From NCBI GenBank assembly GCA_951406725.2, contig OX597824.1:39990001-40054000 (forward strand): a DNA stretch of 64,000 bases. The letters run 5' to 3'. Below, piece by piece: positions 1-13,392 of this stretch. Below the pieces are notes generated by a model, which saw only the letters and a program-made list of their open reading frames with translations, was not told where the DNA came from and ran no database searches. How positions within the stretch are numbered: position 1 is the stretch's first letter; each line of letters starts with the position of its first letter. Origin of the DNA: Octopus vulgaris (Eukaryota). The translations under genes were made by a program, and so were the position numbers.

Positions 1-555
1 ATCAAGTCACTAGTTTGGAGATAACTTCTTCCATCCCTCTCATTCGTCGCTCAAAGGCCCTGTGAACGGCCACACATACTGCATTCCTTCCTGAGTAAAA
101 GATTAAAATAGACACCTAATTGTCACAGTTCCAGTCCAACAGGCGGTAAATAGGTGCCAGTACGGCTGTGCGACTCAAAACTTCAAACTTTGGAAGCATT
201 AATTGTTTCCAACACAGGTACGAAGTAAGAAAGTTTATAGGAAAGGACAGATCAATTAGAGTACTAGAATGGTACTTTATTTTACTGACCCTGAAAGGAC
301 GATAGCAAAAGTTGATATGGGCGGGATTTAAACTCAAAACATAAAAAGCCGTGGAAATTACCGAGAAGCATCTTATCTGTCGCTCTAATAATTATACTAA
401 TCCACAACTCAAATATTACCTAAGAATAGGCGTATATGTAGCTGTGTGGGTAGTAAGTCTGCTTTGTAACCATAGGATTTTAGGTTCGCTTCCACAGCGC
501 AGCGGCAGCTTGGGCAACTATTATTATTATTATTATTATCATTATTATTATTATT

Positions 556-1110
556 GAGTGAGAGAGTAGTGCATGCCATCAGAGTGACACTGGGGTAAAA
601 TAAACGAAGCCCAGTATACCCATCATGACTACCCGTCTGATAAGGGTACACTAGGCACATGCATCACAACCATATGTGCGCGACATGGTGATCTCACATC
701 AAGATAAACAGCACATGACCTTGCACGTGGGGACCAGTTAGAATTTTCTTCTGGTCGAGTAACCCATCCCGCTCAAAAGGTCCTTGAATAAGGGTTGTTT
801 AAGGATGTTGAACGAAATACCCATGTTTCCAAAGGTGAATTAGTCAAATCCCAAAGAATTCGTCTCAACACACGGCTATGATGCTCCCCCACTACTTCTG
901 CTCATGATTAGAGATGCACATATTGTCAGCCACTAACTGACATGCTCAACTTGTTGTGGTCAAACAACTGACATGCAAATCTATGGTATTGAGCAGAATA
1001 TTTGCTGTAGGCCTTCTTTTATACCAAGTCAAAACAATGTACATGATAACACTTCCAATCAGTTAAGATCAGAAGCCATGAGAGCCACTGTCTGGTACTG
1101 CATCAGGGCA
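556..1110 (-). mobile_element. 555-bp non-coding (TAA)n-embedded retro-element, full-length copy 1
   Basis: Same length and ends as 41967-42521 (~93% identical by eye count); flanked on both sides by (TAT)n; no ORF or TIR; polarity inferred from truncated copies. Confidence 0.85.
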
Positions 1111-2061
<951 letters not shown>

Positions 2062-2209
2062 TTACTTGTTTAGTTGATTGTTTGGACTACGCCCATTCTA
2101 GGGCACTGCTTTGTAGGGCGTAGTCGAACAAATACAAACCAACACTGGTTGTCAAGCGGCGGTAGGGTAAAAACAAAAACACAAGGACACGCTCACACAC
2201 ACACACACA

Positions 2210-2345
2210 TACATACATACACACGTAATATATACACACATACATACATACACACGTAATATATATATTACATACACACATACATACATACACACGTAAT
2301 ATATATATTACATACACACATACATACATACACACGTAATATATA
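2210..2345. repeat. ~38-bp minisatellite (acatacacacatacatacatacacacgtaatatatatatt), 3-4 units
   Basis: CACACGTAAT recurs at regular spacing within CA/TA simple sequence. Confidence 0.75.
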
Positions 2346-2440
2346 TATATATATTCGCCAGTAATATATATATATATAAATAGATATATGTGTGCGTGTG
2401 GAAGCAGACATAGTTCACACACACACACAACACACACGCT

Positions 2441-2500
<60 letters not shown>

Positions 2501-3117
2501 GTTTCCAGCTATACATAACCATTCACACCAAATGACTATCATTAGATGTGACTCCATCTTTCAGTTAAATAAATGGAGAGACAGATTGGCTGGCTATGTC
2601 GCTACAAACTTGTTAATGGGAACATACATATATAAACATAAGGACAGATATGCAGATAGAGAACAAATGGATAGACAGATAATAGCTAGTTATGGACAGG
2701 AAATTACCTGTAAAACGAAGTACACATATATAGTTTTTAAAGAACAATTCATATATTAGTTATAAAACCAATTACTTCATTGGACTCTTATTTTCTCACA
2801 AGTATATTTCAGCATTTACTTTCTTTGACATAATCGTTAGAATGTCAAAGTGCTGTGCAGTATTTTTATTTTTAGGTATTTTTATTTTTTTATAGGTATT
2901 TTATGTACTGAGTTTAATTTCCCATCGAGATCAACTTTGGCTATCACGCTTCTGAAGTCAATGAAATAAGTACTATGTTATATCCTGAGTCTGATGTAAA
3001 GTACTGGCTTCTTTGCCCTCCCCACCACACACCAAAGTTCATGTGTTGAGTTTATAGTAGTAATAATTACAAGTTACCATTGGTCGGAGGGTCGGACTGG
3101 TATAATTGTTAGAGCGT

Positions 3118-3285
3118 TCTCCGTTATGAGTTCAAATTCCGCCGAGGTCGACTTTGCCTTTCATCCTTTCGGGGTCGATTAAATAAGTACCAGTTACGCA
3201 CTGGGGTCGATGTAATCGACTTAATCCCTTTATCTGCCTTAGTTTGTCCCTCTATGTTTAGCCCCTTGTGGGCAATAAAGAAATA
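3118..3285 (+). mobile_element. 5'-truncated tRNA-derived SINE (family A, Meta/MESC-like core) with 17-bp TSD, nested in an older family-A SINE
   Basis: B-box GAGTTCAAATTCC, core GCCTTTCATCCTTTCGGGGTCGAT; TSD TATAATTGTTAGAGCGT at 3101-3117 and 3286-3302. Confidence 0.88.
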
Positions 3286-3557
3286 TATAATTGTTAGAGC
3301 GTCAGTATTTTAGTTGTGGTAATCTATGTTGTGAGTTCAAATCCGCTGAAAAGAAAGTCTTTCATTTTCACTTCTCTGGAGCTGGAAAAATAAAGCAGTA
3401 ACTAACTACCGAAGTCAATATCATAGATTGTTCCCTCCCTCTAACCTTTGGCTATTTTAGAAACGTTTATATTTTACCATTTCTATTTGTCTTCTGCAAA
3501 ATGTCATTTTCTGTTCTTGTTCCGTTATTTATTAGACCCATATATATATATAATAAT

Positions 3558-3795
3558 ATACGCCTTTTTAAAGCCTAGCCAGTCACATGGGCCCGGTTTC
3601 TATGGCGTACGTCTCCCCAGCTGGACGGGACGCCAGTCCATCGCAGCATTACTCATTTTTCCAGCTGAGTGGACTGGAGCAAGGTGAAATGAAGTTTTTT
3701 GCTCAAGAACACAACGCGTCGCTCGGTCCAGGAATCGAAACTACAATCTTACGATCATGATGCTGACACCCTAACCACTAAGCAACGCGCCTCTA
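3558..3795 (-). mobile_element. tRNA-derived SINE (family C, V-domain-like)
   Basis: Reverse complement of 25074-25313; contains GCGATGGACTGGCGTCCCGTCCAG. Confidence 0.85.
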
Positions 3796-4045
<250 letters not shown>

Positions 4046-4049
<4 letters not shown>

Positions 4050-4250
4050 ATCCAAACAAGAAAACACAAAAAAACATAGCAACGCGAGGACGTGGAACAA
4101 ATAAAGTATTATTGGACGCTCAGGAAAGAAGGGAAGGAGGGTTTAACGTTTCGAGCGGAGCTCTTCGTCAGAAACAAAGGAGAAGGAAAGATCTCGAGAA
4201 GGGAAGACAGAGCAAAAAAATTGCTGGCGGTGCTCACGAGGTCACATAGA
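4046..4250 (-). mobile_element. Penelope-like element terminus
   Basis: Next to (TA)n; carries a minimal hammerhead; similar layout to 56165-56400. Confidence 0.65.
4141..4175 (-). ncRNA. Minimal type I hammerhead ribozyme motif
   Basis: GUUU-CUGACGA-A-GAGC(UCC)GCUC-GAAAC-GUUA-AAC; palindromic AACGUU at helix III. Confidence 0.8.
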
Positions 4251-4979
4251 GAAAGAATCTCTGGGAAGGGAATAATCTATTATGGCGTCCCAGGGCTAGA
4301 CTGACATTTTACTTGGTGTTTTCTCTACCTGAGAGGAATGAAAGAACAATTTGGCCGCGGTATCGTCTGAACTCATCATTTGAGCTGGTGGTGATAGGCT
4401 CCGTGTTCCTGCTTCACATTTTTTTATGGGCACCAAGGTTTATTCTGTTTCTTCCATTCATACAGATATCGAGGCATCTTGGAAATCATACTTGCGAATA
4501 TTATCTGAGTCCAATCTAGCGGATTTCTGTTTCTTAACCTTTTTGCTGCGGAAAGCAGTTACATTCTCTCTAAATTTCTTTAACCTTAACTGCGGCTCGC
4601 ATTTTCACTGCCAATCTATTTTCAAATGAGGAATGTCATGTTTGAAACTATTTTCTGTTGAGATATGTCAGGATTATTAAGACCATTCCCACCCCCAGTG
4701 ATTTTCAGAAATTATCAATTCTAATTTGTTATCTTTTATTGATTTTAGTATCATTACTGAGATAACCATAAAGTTTATCTTCACAGTTAGAGTTAATGCT
4801 ATGAAACAAAAGAAAAACGCTTACCATTAAATTCATTTAAGGATTAGATTTTTTTTTTTTTTCTACGTTTATATATTTGTTTTGCAAGATTCTTGATGTG
4901 AAATCGTGTGTTGAAACATAATACAAAATGGCTGATCGTTAGTAAGGAGAGACACACAAATAAGAAAGAAGAAAACAAA

Positions 4980-5024
4980 GGACCACTGATGAGGTCACAG
5001 AAGTGTGACGAAAGAACTCTGTCC
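4980..5024 (+). ncRNA. Minimal type I hammerhead ribozyme motif
   Basis: GGACCA-CUGAUGA-G-GUCAC(AGAAGU)GUGAC-GAAA-GAACUC-UGUCC; helix I has one bulge. Confidence 0.7.
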
Positions 5025-5391
5025 GAAATAAGATTAAGATTAATGAAAAAAATAAATAAAACTGTAGCAAATTAACACCAAATATATAGTGCGTGTGTTT
5101 TTATTGGCTAAACTGGCAACATGACCATTCCTAAATACAACAATATATTTTTTTCTCTTAATACAATCGCAGACTAGAGGTACTGACTAATAGGTTCCAG
5201 AACTATATTCCATCTTGGTGGAATTTATATGTGATACGGTCTTTGTCAGTGACATATTACTGAATTACGGCTGGGGTTTATGTCTTTGGCCCTTTAATCC
5301 TAAAAGAAAATTATCACTTCCATCATTGACCCAGATTGCTGTAAATAATTAGATACATCAGGCAACTTATACAACTGACGAGAGAAATTTC

Positions 5392-5847
5392 GGATCTTTT
5401 CGGTTTGAACGGCAATTTTTTCTAGCGGTGTCATACGAAATTGGCACCCATAATTATGACCCTAGTATCGATCTATTGCATTTCAATCTATTTTAGGGTT
5501 AGGGTTAGTTAGGGTTAGTTAGGGTTAGTTAGGGTTAGGGTTATAGTTAGGGGTGGGGGGAAGGGTATCTTTTTTCTTCACAAATGTAAATAAACCCAAT
5601 CTGTTTCTTAAACGAGGGACATATTCATACGGCACAGAATGATTTTTACCTCAATAGACGTCAGTGATTGATTGAAATTGCAGAAATTGAAGAAAAAAAC
5701 AACAAATATCTTACAAACTATAGAATTTTCTCAATAAAGCCAAGAGAAAAAGATGTTTTATAAACACATTTTACCAGTATACGAAGTTTAAAATTTTTTG
5801 TTACCTAGAAATTATGTTAAAAACTGCCGTTCAAACCGAAAAGATCC
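5392..5847. mobile_element. 456-bp MITE with 8-bp TSD and GG...CC termini (Merlin-like), internal TTAGGG-type repeats
   Basis: TIR GGATCTTTTCGGTTTGAACGGCA (23 bp perfect, extends to ~29); TSD GAAATTTC at 5384-5391 and 5848-5855; (TTAGGG/TTAG)n at 5493-5553. Confidence 0.9.
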
Positions 5848-5869
5848 GAAATTTCTAGAACAAAAGATG

Positions 5870-6085
5870 GTCTAGGTTTCGGTCATTATTGGTTCAGGCT
5901 ATCTCTGACTTTATTGCACTAATTATAATGGTCTTTTAAGTCACTTTTTAAGACATCATAACCCGCTCGATTAAGAGGATCTTCTTTGCCGAGATGTATT
6001 CAGGTGTCGGTGGCTTGTCTGGTATTTCTTGCAGGAATTTGTCGAGGTACCGTTTGAATGTTATGGGATATTTTTCTTCCTTGTA
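5870..6085 (-). mobile_element. CR1/L2-group LINE 3' fragment
   Basis: Minus translation ITFKRYLDKFLQEIPDKPPTPEY is typical of the ORF2 C-terminus. Confidence 0.65.
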
Positions 6086-7712
6086 TAATAATAAACGATG
6101 TAAATGTTGGTTGGTTTTCGGTTGGTTGATTCTCCAATCACGCTTTACATCGTATATATAGAGCGAGAGTAAAAGAGAAATACAGAGAGAGTTAATTTAT
6201 AAGTTAAAGTCGGTGGAGGAACGTTGAAATTGACAAGCAGTGATAGGGGAAAGGTAAAGATGATAAAAGTTACATTGTCGATTGAATAGTAAAAATGCTA
6301 AAGAAAATTACGTTGACAACTGATACCACACGCTTACATATACACACTTTCACATTGGAGAAATCTTCTGTCCATCACACACACACACATGTTCACATAC
6401 ACACATAAAGACACATAGCCACTGTTTAAATAATTGAAAAACCTTATCACGTAGTTGGCAGGTGGCAAAGAAGCGGCAGGTTTACATAATCATAACTATA
6501 TATGTATGTGTGTTTACACATACATATATATATATATATTTAGTGAAGGGAAGAAATGGAGGGAAGAATATATATATATATATATATATACATATATATA
6601 TAAACACACACACACGTGTGTGTATGTGTGTGTGTGTGTGTTTATGTATATCTATTTAATAATAGCCGATGTAAATGTTGGTTGCTTTTCTGGTTGATTT
6701 TCCAGTCACTCGTAATTTGGCGAGAGGAAAGAGATAGTAAAACAGAGTGTAAGATGTGTAAGATAAGTGGACATTCGAGGCTTAGTTGCAGTCAATGATA
6801 ACTTCCTGAAAATTCACTTATTCCAATGAAATTTTGCAGAGATAGTTTTCCGATGGAGTGCACTGCGATTATGTTGATAAAATTTTAAAAAGTAATAACA
6901 TATTTATTGCAAATATATAAAAGAGAAATTTTATTTTGTTAATTTTATTTTAAGGTAATAAATATTTTCCTTTGAAATTTAGCATTCATTTCATCAGACA
7001 AGTAATTTGAGAGAAATTTGATAAAAATTAAATTGCAGGGCCTAAGCCTGGGTGACTTGTGAACTTGATACCAACATCGTTTGGACAGTGTTGATGGAAT
7101 ATTCTCCACATCGTACAAATAACATAGCACCGTGTTGTTTATTCTTTAAGTGAGATTAATTAAATATGTCAGACACCTTACAACTGACAATTGTTGTAAC
7201 ATCAACGAGACAAATTTCTAGAATAATCAAGACAATGAAAAAATTATAACACAAAAATATTTTTTAACCAAAAGCCAATTGTTAACATCAGCAAGGAATA
7301 TCAATATCAATGTTTTTTTCTTTTCTTTAATGAGATATCATAAGAATGCTACGAGTTGAATATTACATGAAGTATCAGAAGACAGTTTTTTTCCAATGAT
7401 AGTAATTTCAGATAAAGATGGTAGGAAATTTTCCTGATGAAAATTATATGGAGTATCCGAGATCCAATCTTGCCATTTATTCTACTCTAATTGGTAAAAT
7501 AAATATTGGTTTCCTTGTTTCGGAAGAAGCATTTGACAGTTTAAGGTAGAACAGGAAAGTTGTGCCTGCCTTATTAACGTTAGTGACGTAGGTGAACTGA
7601 AATGGTTTCAAACGGTAATTAAACTTGCTGGCTGTCTCAACTTATTTTGTAATACACAGCTGGCGCTCAACTGCGCGACGAAATAGCGGAGACGTTAACG
7701 AGTTGGTTGATA

Positions 7713-9006
7713 CGAGGGGCGTTCAATAAGTAATTCCCCTGACCCACTTCCCATACCCACTTCCCATACCAGTAGAGCAACGAAACTTGGCACAGTTATT
7801 GGTCTTTTTCTACATAGGAACCACTCAGAGTTACGCATTTCTCCCATCGTTTGATCCAGCTCTGGAGACCGTTTTTGTAAAAGACCCCAGCTTGGTCCTC
7901 CATCCATGACGTGACTTTAGAAATCAAGGCTGCATCATCTGGGAAATGCTTTCCTTTCAAAAACAACTTCATGGCTGGGAGGAGGTGAAAATCAGAGGGT
8001 GCAAGGTCAGGAGAGTAGGGGGTGGGGGAGGAGTTCATAGTCGCACGCCTGTGCTTCTGATCTGGCGGCACGCGAGTTGTGGACCGGAGCGTTGTCCTAC
8101 AGGAGGAGGATGCCTTTGCCCCGCCTCTTGATTTTGATAGCTTCTCTTAATTTCCTCAAAAGTGAAGCATAATAGGCTCCTGCAATTGTGGTACCCTTTG
8201 CCAGGAAATCTGTCATCACTACTCCGTCCTGGTCCCAGAAGACTGTGAACATGACTTTGCCAGCGGAGGGCTGCACCTTTGCCTTCTTTGGAGGAGGTGA
8301 GTCACGGTGCTTCCACTGCATTGACTGGGCCTTGGTCTCTGGATCATAGTGATGGACCCAGGTTTCATCCTGTGTAATCAGTCTTTTGAAAATTTTGGAT
8401 CATCTTCTTGGCACATCTCCAAATTAACCCTCGAGCACTCGATGCGTTCTTGCTTCTGGAAAGGTGTGAGCAACCTGGGAATCCATCTGGCAGACACCTT
8501 TTGCATATGCAAATGGTCATGAATGATAGTTTCCACTGACCCGGTACTAATCTTGACCTCATGGGCTATTTGGCGAATAGTTATGAGTCGATCTTCCCAA
8601 ATGGCAGCCTCAACTTGACGGACAGATGCCTCATCAATGGCAGAAGGGGGGCGACCAGATCTGGGAGCTGTTTCCACAGAGTTCCGACCATGTTTGAATT
8701 CACGATGCCAGCGTTTTACAAGGTCATATGATGGGGCATCATCACCATAAGTTACTTTCATTTCATCAAAAGTCTCCCGTGGTGTGCGTCCTTTCAAATA
8801 CAAAAACCGGATCACTGCTCGACACTCAACAGGTTCCATTTCACACTTGACTCAGTTCAAACACCTGTAAATCAGAAACCATAATTAGTTCAGAGCTGTA
8901 ATTTGCCACCTAATCTATAGAGATATAAGTAATTTCACATGCAAAATTTCAACTAGATCAAATACCTGGAAGTGGGTCAGAGGCATTACTTATTGAACGT
9001 CCCTCG
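7713..9006 (-). mobile_element. Full-length 1294-bp mariner transposon
   Basis: 39-bp TIRs CGAGGG(G/A)CGTTCAATAAGTAAT..CTGACCCACTTCC (3 mismatches); TA TSD at 7711-7712 and 9007-9008. Confidence 0.96.
7796..8839 (-). pseudogene. Mariner DD34D transposase, disabled
   Basis: HTH N-terminus, WIPRLL, ITQDETWVHHY, L*DNAPVH, YSPDLAPSDF; two frameshifts (~8390, ~8030) and a TAG at 8097. Confidence 0.95.
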
Positions 9007-9959
9007 TATAACTGACAGTAATCGTTTCGACATTTTGATTTCTGAGTTCAAATCCCGCTGGTACTAACATTACTCGCAGTTCCTGACTAACTTTTCTTGC
9101 AACAAAGGAGCCAATATGGTGGTGTATTAGGGAAGTCTTTAAAGAGTTAGATGCAATAGCTCGCAATAAATGTTTCAATTCTCCGCGCACCGAGTTCAAA
9201 TTCCACCGATGTAAATTTCCTTGTATTTTTAATTTATTCTATATTAAGGCGATGAATTGGCGGAGAGAGTTGGGTTGATTCCCAGCAGTAACTGTCGCGG
9301 CTCTCTGCACTGTGAGTTAAAATCCCACCGACGTTAACTTTGCTGGAACACTTAGCTTATTTTATATCACGACTGAAGCACAATAAGATGGTCAATTTGC
9401 AGAATCGTTACAGATTTGGATAGAATGGCTCCTTTTCCTTTCTTACTACTCTTTTATCAATTCTGTACACGACCGAGAGCATTTTGTTCCACTGCACACA
9501 TGAATGTATTTGTACTTTTTATGTATATATGAGTACGAGTGTACATATGTACGCATGTTCGTAAACTTAAGTACTTGACACAGAAGCATGTCAAAAGTAC
9601 CTATTTCTCCATAGATTGAATCAAACAGCCTTAATCGATTTTCGACCCTTATTAGAGTCTTATAAGAGGTGTCTACATCACTTGGTCAACACATTAATAA
9701 ACATAGCAGATCAAGTAACTTCAACGAACTGGAGTTACTGATTTTCATATTATAAGTGTTTAATATTTTCTTTAATCTCAGCGTCTGTATCTGTGTACTG
9801 AAGGTGGTGAACCCGCAGAATCATTAGAGTCTTTAAAATGTTTCACAGAATTACGTTTGACTCTTTATGTTATGAGTTCAAATCCCACCAAGATCAACTT
9901 TACCTTTCATTCTTTCAAGATCGATAAAATAAATTATTGGTCAGGTATTGGGTTCTATG

Positions 9960-10093
9960 TGGAGGCGCGTGGCTTAGTGAGTAACGCTGCGATGGACTGG
10001 CGTCCTGTCCAGCTGGGGAACACATACACCATAGAAACCGGGAAACCGGGCCCATAAGCCTGGCTAGACTTTAAAAGGGCGCATTTATTATTT
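9960..10093 (+). mobile_element. Internally deleted family-C SINE with 14-bp TSD
   Basis: Head GGAGGCGCGTGGCTTAGTG joined directly to AGTAACGCTGCG; TSD TATTGGGTTCTATG at 9946-9959 and 10094-10107. Confidence 0.8.
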
Positions 10094-10366
10094 TATTGGG
10101 TTCTATGATATTGACAAGCTCCTTCACTCATAATCGCTGACCATGTTTGCACCTAAATCAGAAACTTATATTCCGATTGTTTCCAAAATGTTCTGAGCTC
10201 AGATGTCACTTTCATTGAATTTTTAACATTCACTTCTTATCTTCGGGTATATGTTAGGTACGAAAACAAAATCAACTTTATTTAGTGATGGAATTACAAG
10301 CTAGTAGAGGTAGCAAGAACTGCGAGTAATGTATTATGCACTATACATATTTATATTATATGTTAA

Positions 10367-11440
10367 AGGCGCAGGGGTGGCTGTGTGATAAGAAGTTCGC
10401 TTCCCAAACACATCGTTCCAGGTTCAGTCCCACTGCGTGGCACCAGGGACAAGTCCTCTACTACAGCCTCAGGCCGACAAAAGCCTTGTGAATGGATTTG
10501 GTTGACGTAAACTGAAAGAAGCCTGTCGTATATATACAAACATCCATACGTACATAAGTGTGTGTGCGTGTCTGTGAATGTAAGTGGATTTATTTAGTCC
10601 CTAAAAGATACAAACACTAACTTTGATATAAAATAGGTAATTATTGGAGGGACACATCCTTTCATAATCAGAGATAAGAAATGCAAATTATGCCTGGAAA
10701 GATATTCCATATTTTCACCTCTAAATGCCAATTATCAAATAATTAGCCCTAAATGTGTGTATTGTATGTATGTATCTAAGTATGCATATATGAAGGGGCA
10801 TGCAGGTACGCCGATAAAATTCACACGCGAAACATAAATTAAATTTAAATAGCTGTGTGTAGATGCAGGGGTGGCTGTGTGGGTAAGAAGCTTGCTTCTT
10901 AGCCATGTGGTCTTGTTTTCAGTCCCACTATGTGGTACCTTGAGCAAGCGTCTTTTACTATAGTTCCGGACACATCAAAGCCTTGCGAGTAGATTTCGTA
11001 GACGGAAAATGCGTGCATGCCCATCGAATATATATATATATATATATATATTTATTTATTTATTGTTTCAGACATTTGACTACGGCCATGTTGGGGTACT
11101 ACTTTGAAGGGTTTTTAGTCGAACGATTCGACCCAAAACTTTTTAAAGCCTGGTACTTATTTCATCGATTTTCTTTTGCCAAACTGCTAAATTACGTGGA
11201 CGTAAACACACCAACATCGGTTGTCAAGCGGTGATAGGGGGCAAACACAAACACAAAACACACGGACATATATATATATATAAGCACGATAGGCTTCTTT
11301 CAGTTTCCTTCTACCAAATCCACTTACAAGGCTATAGAAGAAATCCACTCACAAAGCTGAAGTAGAAGACACTCGCTCAAGGTGCCACGCGGTGGGACTG
11401 AACCTGGAACTACGTGGTTAGGAAGCAAACTTTTTACCAA
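10367..11440. mobile_element. Cluster of three CORE-type SINE (family B) copies: 10367-10580 (+), 10862-11030 (+), 11060-11440 (-)
   Basis: A box GTGGCTGTGTGG, B box GGTTCAGTCCC, CCTTGRGCAAG core; similar to 14851-15260. Confidence 0.8.
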
Positions 11441-11703
11441 TAATTGTGATGCTAGGACCTAAGTGTGTAGGAAGTTTGTAGGCGTTGAGCAGTTCATATC
11501 AGGTTTAAAAAAAAACATTCAGAAACAATAATTTATTGGTGAGTGTTGTAGGCTTTTCCCGTATCGAAGTTCGATAAACGGTCAAAATTATTCCTTATAG
11601 CTCACGGTTTGCAACTTGAGTATCTTCGACCTAATGAGTCGCTAGCTGAGTACTCCTCGTTGAGTAATTATTACATCAAAAGATCTGTTAGCTAGGAAGC
11701 ACA

Positions 11704-12969
11704 CAAGGAGGTACCCAAAAGTAACCGGAAACATCTGTGGAACAAGCCAGTTATAATTCAGACATGCGTCGTTAGAAGTCACTTGATGCAACCTCCAGGC
11801 TTCAGTATGTCGACTGACGTTGTCCACTGAGGTTGTATTGGCACGTGTTGTGTCTTTGTCTTGTAGTGTTTCTCCTCTATTAGTCGGTTTTTGCCTTGGA
11901 TGAAACGAAGAAACGGCGGGCTTCTGTGAAATTTTGTTTCCTGCAGAGGAAAACGGCGACTGAAATACTTTCAAACAGCTTACAAGGACGCCGCAATGAG
12001 TAAAACATAAGTTTACGAGCGGTTTTCACTTGTCGCTTGAAGACCAACCTCATTCAGAGCGTCTCTCCACCTCCCAAACGAATGAAAACCTCATGAAAAT
12101 TCAAGAACTAATCTTAGAGAACCATCTAAGGCGGCGAGCTGGCAAAAACGTTAGCACGCCGGGCGAAATGCTTAGCGGTATTTCGTCTGCCACTACGTAC
12201 TGAGTTCAAATTCCGCCGAGGTCGACTTTGCCTTTCATCCTTTTGGGGTCGATAAATTAAGCACCAGTTACGCACTGGGATCGATCTAATCGACTTAATT
12301 CCTTTGTCTGTCCTTGTTTGTCCCCTCTTCTATGTTTAACCCCTTGTGGGCAATAAAGAAATGAGAAACGTTAGCACGCCGGGCGAAATGCTTAGCGGTA
12401 TTTCGTCTGTCTTTACGTTCTGAGATCAAATTCCGCCGAGGTCGACTTTGCCTTTCATCTTTTTGGGGTCGATAAATTAAGTACCATTTGCAAACTGGGA
12501 TCGATCTAATCGACTGGCTCCCTCCCTAAAATTTTCGAGCCTTGAGCCTAGAGTAGAAAAGAATCTTGGGGAACAATCACTGAACAATTGACGAACTTAT
12601 TGATATGACTGATGTATCTTGGAGCTCCTCGAACGAATTCTGAGCGAAGAATTGCGAGTGAAAAGTGTTGCAGTAAAATTTGTGCCTTGCTTCCTCGCGG
12701 AAGATCAAAGCGTGTTGTGAAATGAAAGAACAGTTGGAAATTGATCTGGATCATTTTTCGAAGATTATCACTGGTAACGAAAGATGGTGCTACGACATTT
12801 GCAGATGTTGAAGAGGTGAAGGAAAAAAAGACGAATAGTGGAAAACACATCTGGTTCGATGCCTTGCTTCAAATAAAGAATAATTTGAAGGCGATAAAAG
12901 TGTAAACATGTAAAACTAAGTGAATAAAATAATATTGCAAAATTCCAGTTTCTTTTGGGTTTCCCCTTG
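11704..12969 (+). mobile_element. Decayed mariner (family 2) interrupted by a SINE dimer
   Basis: TIRs CAAGGAGGTACCCAAAAGTAACCGGAA / CAAGGGGAAACCCAAAAGAAACTGGAA; remnant RASVKFCF..KTATE..QTAYKDAAMSKT; homologous to 57652-58757. Confidence 0.8.
12128..12564 (+). mobile_element. Head-to-tail family-A SINE dimer with two different 3' tails
   Basis: Second unit starts at AGAAACGTTAGCACG (~12364); diverged TSD AATCTT(A/G)G(A/G)GAAC(C/A)ATC brackets the whole dimer. Confidence 0.88.
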
Positions 12970-13392
12970 TATGTGGCCTGAATTTGACCTGCTCCACTCC
13001 CTCAAATTGGATATGTGTGCGTGTGTGTGCGTGCATGTGCGCGCGTGTGTGTGCGTGTGCGTGTGTATCTATGTGACGAGTTTGTTCCTCACCACCGATC
13101 GACAACCTGTGTCGGTTTGTTTATGTCTGTCTAAGTTCGGCCAAAGAGAGAGAAAGACTAAGTACTAAATTTTCTTTTTAAAGATAACTACTGAGGTCGA
13201 TTTGATCGACTAGGCTCTTCAAGGCGGTGCCCCAGCATGGCCACAGTCCAATGACTGACTTGGGTAAAAGATAAAAGAAAAAGAAATATTTTACTCTAAT
13301 ATAGGCAGAATTTATTTTATTTTCTGTAACCGCCTACCCTGGGGGGGGGGAGGATAGTTGATCTTACCTTTTTTTTAATATTTTGGTGATTC

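Noticed and set aside
4270-4630. Coding-looking stretch on the minus strand
   Set aside because: Multiple stops, no recognisable family and no convincing splice sites.
5493-5553. TTAGGG repeats as a telomere or fusion scar
   Set aside because: They lie inside a TIR- and TSD-bounded MITE.
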